A DNA stretch of 64,000 nucleotides from Candidatus Vogelbacteria bacterium (GTDB lineage Bacteria > Patescibacteriota > Minisyncoccia > Phycocordibacterales > XYD1-FULL-46-19): NCBI GenBank assembly GCA_021414225.1, contig JAIOOX010000004.1:66206-130205 (forward strand). Reading direction: 5' to 3'. The notes under the pieces are model-generated. The model did not search any database. It was not told the DNA's origin and saw nothing but the letters and a program-made list of their open reading frames with translations. Positions 56,169-64,000 of the stretch are shown piece by piece. The translations under genes were made by a program, and so were the position numbers. The number at the start of each line of letters is the position of its first letter. Within the stretch, counting starts at the first letter, position 1.

Positions 56169-59126
56169 ATGCACCGGATAATTTCCGTGACTCTAATAGT
56201 TGGAATAATTGCACCAATTCTTATTGGCTTTTTGCCGGTAACAGTCCAAGCTCAACTAAATGATCCAGCTGAAACCACCCCCACCGGACAATTAGCTAAC
56301 ACTGCGGAATGTAGTGTGGCCACCACAAATGGCGCCACCGATGTTAATTCACTAGCTTCAGTTAAAAATAATCTGGCTGAAAAAGCCGCCAAGCTGACCC
56401 AACTTTCACGAGACCTGACTTCTTTAGATCAACAATTAGTTATTCTCCAAGAATTAAATAAAAATATTGTCCAAGGAGAGAGTTCTGGCGCAACTGGCTG
56501 GGTTTATAATACTAGTGAGTATAATGGTTGGGTAGAACAGCGGAGAAATATCTCTCAAAAAATATTACTCCAAATAAAAAATATAAGTGACGGTTTCCCA
56601 GAAAAAAGCAATGATTTGGGATATGTTTATAATTCAACATATTACCCTCAAAACACCAACCCTGTAACCATATTGAGTAACGATCTTACTAATCAAAATG
56701 AAGTAAAAAATCTAATTGATCGTGGAGAAAGAGTCATTCTTACCACCAAAGACGATGTCGCTACTATCAATAAAAATATTGATAGTATAAATATATGTAA
56801 CACCCAGACAACCACTCCTGACGACCAAGAGGCTATTACCCAGCAACAAGAGGACGCAGCTGCTAGAGCTTCCGCCGAAGAAGCAGCCAACAATACCCGA
56901 GCTGAATCTATCGCTGATACAAACAGCAACTCTACCCCAGCCTTACCCTTATCAGAATGTGTAATGTGGAAAGCTGGGACCTGGTTATCATGTTTCAGAG
57001 ATGCGGTCAGCGCTTTAATGCAAATTATGACCTGGCTATTTTCTTTTGTGGTTTATTTAGCGGCCAAAGTCTTTAATGCTGCTATTTCTTATTCTATTTT
57101 AGACTTCAAAGACATGACTGATAGTCTTTTCATTTCGACTCTCTGGGCCACAGTCAGAGATATCGCCAACATGATGATTATCTTTTTCTTGTTATACATC
57201 GCCCTAGCCACAATCCTCCAACTACAATCAGTCGATACCGCTAAAGCTTTTACGGCTATTATCATAGTCTCCCTGTTGGTAAATTTTAGTGGAGTTATCA
57301 CTAGAGTGGCTATTGATGTTTCCAATGTTAGCGCCCTGGTCTTCTATAATAGATTTGTTGGGACCGATGGCCAGGCCGATCTTAGTGGTTACTTTATTAT
57401 GAACAGTGATTTAGGTAAGTTAATTACAGTCGACCCCACTCGACCAGGAGGAAACAACGACGTATCAAGTCAAATTTTTGCTATTTTAGTTAAAGGTTTT
57501 TCGAATGCTATTCTTTCCTGTATAACCGCTTTTGTTTTAATTATGGCTGCCGGTTTCTTTATTGTTAGAACAGCTACTTTAATCTTTTTAATCATTCTGT
57601 CGCCACTGGCTTTTATTGGCTACGCTATTCCTTTTGTTAAAACTAAAGTTTCTGATGTTTGGTATAAAGAATTAATCGGCCAGATTACCTTTGCCCCAGT
57701 CTTTATGGGTTTATTTTACTTCACCATCAAACTTACAGAGGGAGTTAACAGTTTAGATGTTAGAGCAGTCGATTCCGCAGCTGGTCAGGTGATCATTTAC
57801 GCGATGTTGATGGCCATGATGCTTGGTTGTTTAAAAATAGCCAGAAACTCCGCTACCGGCATGGCTTCCAGTCAAATAAAATCTTGGGGTTCAGCTGGGG
57901 CTGGCTTTTTGGGAGGAGCCATAGCAACAAACACCTTAGGTAGGGGGGCTAGTAGTTTAGCTAAAAGTAAAACATTTAATAGTGCCGCGGCTAGAATACC
58001 TGGAGGTGGGTTGGCAATTACAGGTTTAAACAAAATGTCTAATTACGGTTTTGGTAGTAAGCAAGGTTATATAGCAAGAACATCGGCCAGTGAAAAAGTT
58101 CTTTCAGAACAAATGCAAAATATGAATACTGAACAAAAGGTTAAATTTATTTCTAGATTTAACACAAAAACCCAACAAATTAATGCTTATAACGCTCTCA
58201 GTGATAAAGATAAAATTGCTCTTGAATTAGAGGTCCAAAAGAACCCTCAGAAATATTCTTCCGAAGAAAGGATGTTTGGAACAGCTTGGGCTAGATCTGG
58301 AATTAGAATTGAATCAATGAAAGGCCAACTAAGAGGTGAGAAGCAAGAAAACTTAAATAAAGCAATTGAAACAGAAAAAGTTAAGGACATTAGAAAACAG
58401 GCCGCTGAGGAAAAAACTGAAGCTGAACGTTATAAAAAACTAGCTAGCCTGGTGGCTCAAATTAGCAGTGACGATGAAAGAAAAACTGTCTTTGGTGGAT
58501 TAACTGACAAAGAAAGGGCGGCTATTGTCTCTCACTCATCAGTAGAAGACAAGACAACTTTAGAGTCTCTAGCATCTAAACTTACTGGTGAAAAATATGA
58601 GAAATACCAAGAGGAAACAAGAAAAATGACTCAGGGTACCGCTCGAGTTGAGGTTAAAAACCACTTAAAAGAAATCGCCAATGGAAACAGAACAAGGATA
58701 GACACTGAAGCTGGTATGCCGATACTTGACGACTTAGAAGATAGTGTAAAAAAACTCAATCCAAATGATGTAATAACATTAGAAGAAGATTTATTAATCA
58801 ATCCTAATATCAACCGCTTCTTCTCTAAACAACACCTAACTGCTATTTGGAAAGATAAATTTATTAGCCAAGAAACCAGGGACAAGATCTATGAAAACAT
58901 AGTTACAAATAATAATGGTTACCCCGAATCCATACAATGGTGTCAAAACAATATAGGAATTCAAACCCAAAGACGTTTACATAGAGAAAGATTATCTAAT
59001 GAGGAGCGTGCCGAGAGAGCTCGAAGGGTTCCCGATAACGCTTATGTGCCACCAAGAGCCAGAGGATTAGGAAATCCTTTTAACGCTGATGAGGATGAGG
59101 AAAATAACACACAAAACCAAAATTAA
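56169..59126 (+). CDS. VirB6/TrbL-like polytopic membrane protein with long N- and C-terminal extensions
   Basis: WATVRDIAN, LLVNFS, R..LIFLIILSPLAF, FAPVF membrane block; upstream of prgI/virB4. Confidence 0.75.
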   Translation: MHRIISVTLIVGIIAPILIGFLPVTVQAQLNDPAETTPTGQLANTAECSVATTNGATDVNSLASVKNNLAEKAAKLTQLSRDLTSLDQQLVILQELNKNIVQGESSGATGWVYNTSEYNGWVEQRRNISQKILLQIKNISDGFPEKSNDLGYVYNSTYYPQNTNPVTILSNDLTNQNEVKNLIDRGERVILTTKDDVATINKNIDSINICNTQTTTPDDQEAITQQQEDAAARASAEEAANNTRAESIADTNSNSTPALPLSECVMWKAGTWLSCFRDAVSALMQIMTWLFSFVVYLAAKVFNAAISYSILDFKDMTDSLFISTLWATVRDIANMMIIFFLLYIALATILQLQSVDTAKAFTAIIIVSLLVNFSGVITRVAIDVSNVSALVFYNRFVGTDGQADLSGYFIMNSDLGKLITVDPTRPGGNNDVSSQIFAILVKGFSNAILSCITAFVLIMAAGFFIVRTATLIFLIILSPLAFIGYAIPFVKTKVSDVWYKELIGQITFAPVFMGLFYFTIKLTEGVNSLDVRAVDSAAGQVIIYAMLMAMMLGCLKIARNSATGMASSQIKSWGSAGAGFLGGAIATNTLGRGASSLAKSKTFNSAAARIPGGGLAITGLNKMSNYGFGSKQGYIARTSASEKVLSEQMQNMNTEQKVKFISRFNTKTQQINAYNALSDKDKIALELEVQKNPQKYSSEERMFGTAWARSGIRIESMKGQLRGEKQENLNKAIETEKVKDIRKQAAEEKTEAERYKKLASLVAQISSDDERKTVFGGLTDKERAAIVSHSSVEDKTTLESLASKLTGEKYEKYQEETRKMTQGTARVEVKNHLKEIANGNRTRIDTEAGMPILDDLEDSVKKLNPNDVITLEEDLLINPNINRFFSKQHLTAIWKDKFISQETRDKIYENIVTNNNGYPESIQWCQNNIGIQTQRRLHRERLSNEERAERARRVPDNAYVPPRARGLGNPFNADEDEENNTQNQN

Positions 59127-59129
59127 AAT

Positions 59130-59588
59130 ATGACTAAAGACCTAGATATTTTTAGAGAAAAATTTGAAAGGTTACCCGAAGACGTCAGGGGTGCCATTTT
59201 TGCAGTTGAAACAACAGATGTTATTGCTAATATCCAAAAGAAGTTCAAACTTCATGTTGACCAAACAGGTAAACTAGCTGAGGAAGTTGGACTGGTGATG
59301 CTTGGTTTTAGTAAACCAAATGAGTTTGTTGGTAAGATAACAAAAAACCTACAGGTAACTCAAATAACAGCTGTAGAAATCACCAAAGATATAAACGACA
59401 AGATCTTCAACCCAATCAAGGAATCATTAAAACAAATTCACAACCTAGAAAACTCCGGCAACGAACCTTTAATAAAGACTAGACCAACAGATTCTGATAC
59501 TATTTTTGATTCTAAACTCAAAGGTTTATTTAGCGCCAGTACTACAAGCACTAATAAGGTGGCGGATCCTTACCACGAGGGGATATAG
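59130..59588 (+). CDS. Conserved hypothetical protein
   Basis: LPEDVR, LHVDQ.G.L, C-terminal DPYHE. Confidence 0.75.
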   Translation: MTKDLDIFREKFERLPEDVRGAIFAVETTDVIANIQKKFKLHVDQTGKLAEEVGLVMLGFSKPNEFVGKITKNLQVTQITAVEITKDINDKIFNPIKESLKQIHNLENSGNEPLIKTRPTDSDTIFDSKLKGLFSASTTSTNKVADPYHEGI

Positions 59589-59619
59589 TAAAACAACAAT
59601 ATGATATACTGAGTGAGTT

Positions 59620-60030
59620 ATGAATTTTCAAGTTCCTCAATTTATCGAGATTGAAGATAAAGTGATTGGACCATTGTCTTTCAAGCAGTTTATTTATGTG
59701 GCTGGAGCGGCTGGTTTGTCTTTTATTTGTTACGCTTTTTTACCTCTATACTTAGCTTTCCTACCCATTGCGGGTCTAATGACTCTTGGTTTAGCTTTAG
59801 CTTTTTATCAAGTAAACAACAGGCCTTTCATTATCACTCTCCAGTCAGCCTTGCGTTACTTCACTAGTCATAAACTTTATTTATGGCAACAGCGAACAAA
59901 CGACAACCTCTCAATCAGCCCCCAAAACGGCAAATCAGATGAAGGTGGATCACTTGAGGCCCCTAGACTATCTAAGAGCAAACTATCTGACCTATCTTGG
60001 AATTTAGATATTAAAGAAACTATTCAATAA
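59620..60030 (+). CDS. PrgI family (VirB3-like) membrane protein
   Basis: VPQFIEIEDKVIGPLSFKQF, two TMs, NNRPF. Confidence 0.85.
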   Translation: MNFQVPQFIEIEDKVIGPLSFKQFIYVAGAAGLSFICYAFLPLYLAFLPIAGLMTLGLALAFYQVNNRPFIITLQSALRYFTSHKLYLWQQRTNDNLSISPQNGKSDEGGSLEAPRLSKSKLSDLSWNLDIKETIQ

Positions 60031-60034
60031 AGTC

Positions 60035-60673
60035 ATGCCTATTACTGGTAAATCAACTCAAGATTTTGTGCCTATCAAAGAAATCAGGGATGGTGTCGTC
60101 ATCTTGCGTGACGGGGGACTACGTTTAGTTTTAATTGCCTCATCTATTAACTTCGCCCTTAAATCAGCGGATGAGAAAACTGCTATTTTACTTCAGTACC
60201 AAAATTTCCTTAACTCCCTTGATTTTCATATTCAAATTTTCATCCAGTCGCGACGTTTAGATATTTCTCCATATATTAGTACCTTAGAGGTTAGACTCAA
60301 AGAACAGACTAATGAGTTACTAAAAGTTCAAACTAGAGAGTATATTGGCTTTATTAAGAGTTTTACCGAGAATAACAATGTGATGACCAAAACTTTCTTT
60401 ATTAGTATTCCTTACGAACCAGCTGTCTATAAAAACAAAGATTCTCTCTTCAATAAAATAGTTCCTGCTTCTTTATTTGGCCAAAAGAATAACACGGTCT
60501 CCGAAACAGACAATTTCCAAGAAAATCGCGCTCAGTTAGAACAACGAGTTGACGTTGTTAAGCAGGGCTTAAATAGAATTGGAGTTCGAACAGAACAATT
60601 AGGAACCGAGGAATTAGTTGAGCTTTATTTTAAATTATTTAATCCTGGCGAAAAAACTGCCCCAACAGTTTAA
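60035..60673 (+). CDS. T4SS-associated protein (VirB4 N-terminal-like)
   Basis: SINFALKS.DE, FLNSLDF.IQI; located between prgI and virB4. Confidence 0.7.
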   Translation: MPITGKSTQDFVPIKEIRDGVVILRDGGLRLVLIASSINFALKSADEKTAILLQYQNFLNSLDFHIQIFIQSRRLDISPYISTLEVRLKEQTNELLKVQTREYIGFIKSFTENNNVMTKTFFISIPYEPAVYKNKDSLFNKIVPASLFGQKNNTVSETDNFQENRAQLEQRVDVVKQGLNRIGVRTEQLGTEELVELYFKLFNPGEKTAPTV

Positions 60674-60680
60674 ATTAATT

Positions 60681-62525
60681 ATGTGGCCATTTTCTAAAAA
60701 AACTGAAGAGACAACCTTAACCCCCGTCTTACCTAAAGATGTTTATGAGACGGGGATCTTGCAGTTACGAGATATTATTGCCCCATCCGCCCTTAAGGTC
60801 ACTCCTAAAAGCTTAAACTTGGGAGACAAGATAGCTAGAACTTTATTTGTTATTTCTTATCCTCGGTTCCTCAACGAAGAGTGGTTTTCACCTATTATCG
60901 ACCTGGATAAGGTTTTTGATGTTAGTATTTTTATCCATCCTCTTGATTCAGCTGAAGCTCTGCGGACCCTACAGAAGAAACTGGCCGAGGTCCAAAGTCA
61001 GATTAGAATTAAAGAAGACAAGGGTTTTGTTCGCGACCCGGTCTTAGACACCGCTTATCAAGACATTGAAAGTTTGAGAGACCAACTCCAACAAGCTCAA
61101 GAAAAAATCTTTGACGTTGGTTTATATATCACTATCTATGGTAGTAACGACGAAGAAGTTGACCGAGTAGAATCCGAACTCAAATCAATGCTTGATGCCA
61201 AGTTGATTTACCTCAAACCAGCCCTCTTTCAACAAGAAGATGGCTTTCGCAGTGTTATCCCAACTAGCACCGATCTGATTGAAGTTCATACCAAATTAAA
61301 CTCCTCGCCACTATCGAGTCTTTTTCCTTTTGTCTCTTTTGACTTAACTTCCAACAAAGGAATCTTGTACGGTATTAACCGCCACAATTCTTCTTTGGTT
61401 TTGTTTGATCGCTTCTCTTTAGAGAACTACAATTCTGTGGTTTTTGCTAAATCTGGTTCTGGTAAATCCTATACCACCAAACTAGAGATCCTCCGTAGTT
61501 TGATGTTTGACACTGATGTGATTGTTATCGACCCAGAACGAGAATATGAATTCTTAACCGATGCAGTGGGTGGTAGATACTTTAACATCTCTCTAACGTC
61601 TGAACACCACATCAACCCATTTGATTTGCCACTACCTAGGGAGGACGAATCAGCCGCTGATATCCTAAGGTCAAACATTATTACTTTAGTTGGTCTCTTT
61701 CGTATTATGCTTGGTGGCTTAACTCCAGAAGAGGATTCCATTATCGACAACGCTATCAGTGAAACCTATGCCTTAAAAGATATTACCCCCGACAGTGATT
61801 TCTCTAACAAACCAGCCCCTTTATTGTCAGACCTGGCCTTGGTTTTAGCCGGCATGGAAGGTGGAGAATCTCTAGCCCAACGCCTCCTTAAATATACTCA
61901 AGGTTCTTGGGCTGGCTTTATTAACAAACCAACTAATGTCGATATTAATAAAAAATTCGTCGTTTTCTCCGTCCGCGACATGGAAGATGAGTTGAAACCC
62001 GTGGCAATGTATATTGTTATCCACCATATCTGGACAGCTGTTAGACGAAACCTTAAAAAGAGACTCCTGGTGGTTGATGAGGCTTGGTGGATGATGAAGT
62101 CGGAAGACACCGCTTCTTTCTTGTTTTCACTAGTTAAACGAGGACGTAAATATTTCTTAGGCACCGCCACTATCACTCAGGACGTAGGGGACTTTATGCG
62201 TTCACCTTACGGCTTACCAATCATTACCAACTCTTCAATTCAAATCCTTCTCAAGCAATCTCCCGCCTCAATTGATTTAGTACAAAAAACTTTTAACCTA
62301 ACCGATGAGGAAAAATTCCTACTCCTAGAATCAAACGTGGGGGAGGGTATTTTCTTTGCCGGTCTTAAAAGAGTAGCAATTAAAATTATTGCTTCTTATA
62401 CTGAAGATCAAATTATAACGTCCGACCCATCACAACTTCTAGCCATTAAACGAGCCAAGCAAGAATTAGCCCAGGAAGCAGAAACTGACTCTCAAGCACG
62501 TTATGGACAAGGAGCAAACCAATAA
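60681..62525 (+). CDS. VirB4/TraE-like type IV secretion ATPase
   Basis: AKSGSGKS, IDPEREY, INPFD, VVDEAW, RGRKY, TQDV; ATG 60681 preferred. Confidence 0.9.
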   Translation: MWPFSKKTEETTLTPVLPKDVYETGILQLRDIIAPSALKVTPKSLNLGDKIARTLFVISYPRFLNEEWFSPIIDLDKVFDVSIFIHPLDSAEALRTLQKKLAEVQSQIRIKEDKGFVRDPVLDTAYQDIESLRDQLQQAQEKIFDVGLYITIYGSNDEEVDRVESELKSMLDAKLIYLKPALFQQEDGFRSVIPTSTDLIEVHTKLNSSPLSSLFPFVSFDLTSNKGILYGINRHNSSLVLFDRFSLENYNSVVFAKSGSGKSYTTKLEILRSLMFDTDVIVIDPEREYEFLTDAVGGRYFNISLTSEHHINPFDLPLPREDESAADILRSNIITLVGLFRIMLGGLTPEEDSIIDNAISETYALKDITPDSDFSNKPAPLLSDLALVLAGMEGGESLAQRLLKYTQGSWAGFINKPTNVDINKKFVVFSVRDMEDELKPVAMYIVIHHIWTAVRRNLKKRLLVVDEAWWMMKSEDTASFLFSLVKRGRKYFLGTATITQDVGDFMRSPYGLPIITNSSIQILLKQSPASIDLVQKTFNLTDEEKFLLLESNVGEGIFFAGLKRVAIKIIASYTEDQIITSDPSQLLAIKRAKQELAQEAETDSQARYGQGANQ

Positions 62526-63102
62526 AATAAGCATAGTAACAAGCTCGGCAATGCTTCTTGTCGCATCCTTTTTTGACTTAATTAGCTTAATACCATTTGT
62601 TAATATCATTTCCAGCGTTATCGCCTGGATGATTTTCACTGTCTGGTTTTATTTCTTGGGCGCTGGATTACTTAACACTAAAAAACTAGCTACAGTTAGT
62701 CTTAGTTTTTTAGCTGAATTAATTCCTTTTGTTAGTATGTTACCTCTGATAACTACCGGTGTTTTTATTTTAATTTTCATGCAAAACAATCCAGTCCTAG
62801 GGAAATTAGCCCATAAAGGTCTCGATATAAAAAAACAGTCTCTAAATAAAAAGATTCAGGGTTTTGAATCAAATAAAAGTCAGCTACTGCCGTCAGATAC
62901 TAAAAAAATAGAAGGGGGCAAACAAATCACTAATTCAAATAAACAAAGTCTGGAAACTAAAACCGAGACAACACCCTCACCGACAACCACTACAGACAAA
63001 CGCTTAGAAAATCAAATACCCCAAAGAAGATTTATTAGAGACATTGACCCACCTGCCCCTTATGGTGAAGAAGACCAAGATGAGTTCAATATCGCCGCTT
63101 AG
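62503..63102 (+). CDS. Membrane protein
   Basis: Three hydrophobic segments with LIPFV repeats, low-complexity tail. Confidence 0.7.
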   Translation: MDKEQTNKISIVTSSAMLLVASFFDLISLIPFVNIISSVIAWMIFTVWFYFLGAGLLNTKKLATVSLSFLAELIPFVSMLPLITTGVFILIFMQNNPVLGKLAHKGLDIKKQSLNKKIQGFESNKSQLLPSDTKKIEGGKQITNSNKQSLETKTETTPSPTTTTDKRLENQIPQRRFIRDIDPPAPYGEEDQDEFNIAA

Positions 63103-63156
63103 TGGTCCACACCTTTCTAGACTGATAAATTCACAAATATGATAAAATAAGTCAAA

Positions 63157-64000
63157 GTGACAGTCTTAGAAAAAGCCTTATACCTAATAAAAAAAATATT
63201 CCTGCTAACCGCAGTTGTTTTCTGTGTCTTGCCACACTTAACCCAAGCTGTTACAGAGTCAACCCTAGGTGGAACTTTGATCTCTACCATCAATCCCAAA
63301 CACCCTAGACCAGGAGAGGTGGTCAATATTAAACTTAGTAGTTATGGTTATAGTTTAGAGAATAGTAAAATATCTTGGTTTGTAAACCAAAAACTTCAAT
63401 TAGAAGGGGCGGCCAAAAAAGAACACGTAGTTACAATGGGTCCAAATGGTAGCCAGACTAGTGTTACTATCCTGGTCGAAAACTCAGCTGGTAAACAAAT
63501 TGTTAAAAATTTAACTTTTAACCCGGCTGATGTAGACCTTATTTGGGAAGCAGATACCTACATCCCAGACGACTATCAGGGAGCCGCCCTACCCAGTCTT
63601 GGCAGTAGGGTGACGGTAACAGCTATACCAAATTTAAAAGAAACCGGTTTTAATATTCCAGCTAACGAGTTAATTTTTACTTGGACCAAAGACTACAAAA
63701 CCATACCAAACCAGTCGGGTAGAGGTAAGGACTCATTTAGTTTTGACCTAAATCAACCAAGTGCCCAGATTGATGTTTTGGTTCAGTCACCTAATTTTAA
63801 AATAGAAGCTTACAACCGAGCAATTATCACCGCTTATGAGCCAGAATTAGTTCTCTATCCAGTCAAACCACTTCTAGGTCGTATTTTAGAGGCTTTCAAT
63901 TCTTCTTTCTCTATTAGCCCTGATATGTCAGGACTTCAAATAGAACCTTATTTTGTATCCAAAAATTTAATCCGACAAGGCTTAGTAAACTACGAATGGT
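63157..64000 (+). CDS. Secreted Ig-like-domain hypothetical protein (partial, runs off window)
   Basis: Hand translation from GTG 63157: signal-like segment, PKHPRPGEVV, ISWFVN, VDLIWEADTY; no stop noticed. Confidence 0.65.
   Translation, partial: MTVLEKALYLIKKIFLLTAVVFCVLPHLTQAVTESTLGGTLISTINPKHPRPGEVVNIKLSSYGYSLENSKISWFVNQKLQLEGAAKKEHVVTMGPNGSQTSVTILVENSAGKQIVKNLTFNPADVDLIWEADTYIPDDYQGAALPSLGSRVTVTAIPNLKETGFNIPANELIFTWTKDYKTIPNQSGRGKDSFSFDLNQPSAQIDVLVQSPNFKIEAYNRAIITAYEPELVLYPVKPLLGRILEAFNSSFSISPDMSGLQIEPYFVSKNLIRQGLVNYEW

Noticed and set aside
2662-62176. Numerous 60-130 aa ORFs overlapping or antisense to identified genes (e.g. 5569..5754, 6076..6378, 13440..13808, 21591..21956, 27353..27721, 38137..38541)
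   Set aside because: Shadow frames of well-supported genes, with no recognisable motifs
1-64000. Alternative genetic code (TGA=Gly, as in Gracilibacteria)
   Set aside because: Conserved genes are full length under code 11 and are not interrupted by in-frame TGA

Overview
64 kb of a small-genome bacterium whose gene set and style point to Patescibacteria (CPR, Parcubacteria-like; inference from gene content). Standard genetic code; no CRISPR array, rRNA or prophage seen. Mostly housekeeping genes (recJ, rnhA, pgk, tpiA, nusA, ppa, tig, clpP, rny, HU, cca, xer, rpsO, pcrA, rsmA) and 4 tRNAs. It also carries DNA-uptake genes (split comEC, pilB/pilC with four pilin-like genes, comM, yraN), a 1437-aa surface protein, and a T4SS-like region (VirD4-like, VirB6-like, PrgI, VirB4). 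The standout is a compact, unannotated RiPP-like operon at ~5.03-6.36 kb (minus strand). A radical SAM enzyme lacking SPASM cysteines is followed by two tiny ORFs missed by the ORF track (31 and 52 aa). Both have strong Shine-Dalgarno sites and together carry three synonymously diverged copies of the motif SGSKGR[V/I/L]VPRP. The operon ends in a terminator and faces a divergent TrmB-like regulator across a palindromic operator. Other notable signals: a cluster of parS-like sites partly inside coding sequences, pervasive leaderless promoters, an in-frame palindromic insertion in rsmA, a duplicated EF-hand/dockerin-like module in the adhesin, A73 tRNA-Gly genes and a frameshifted giant T4SS-region gene.
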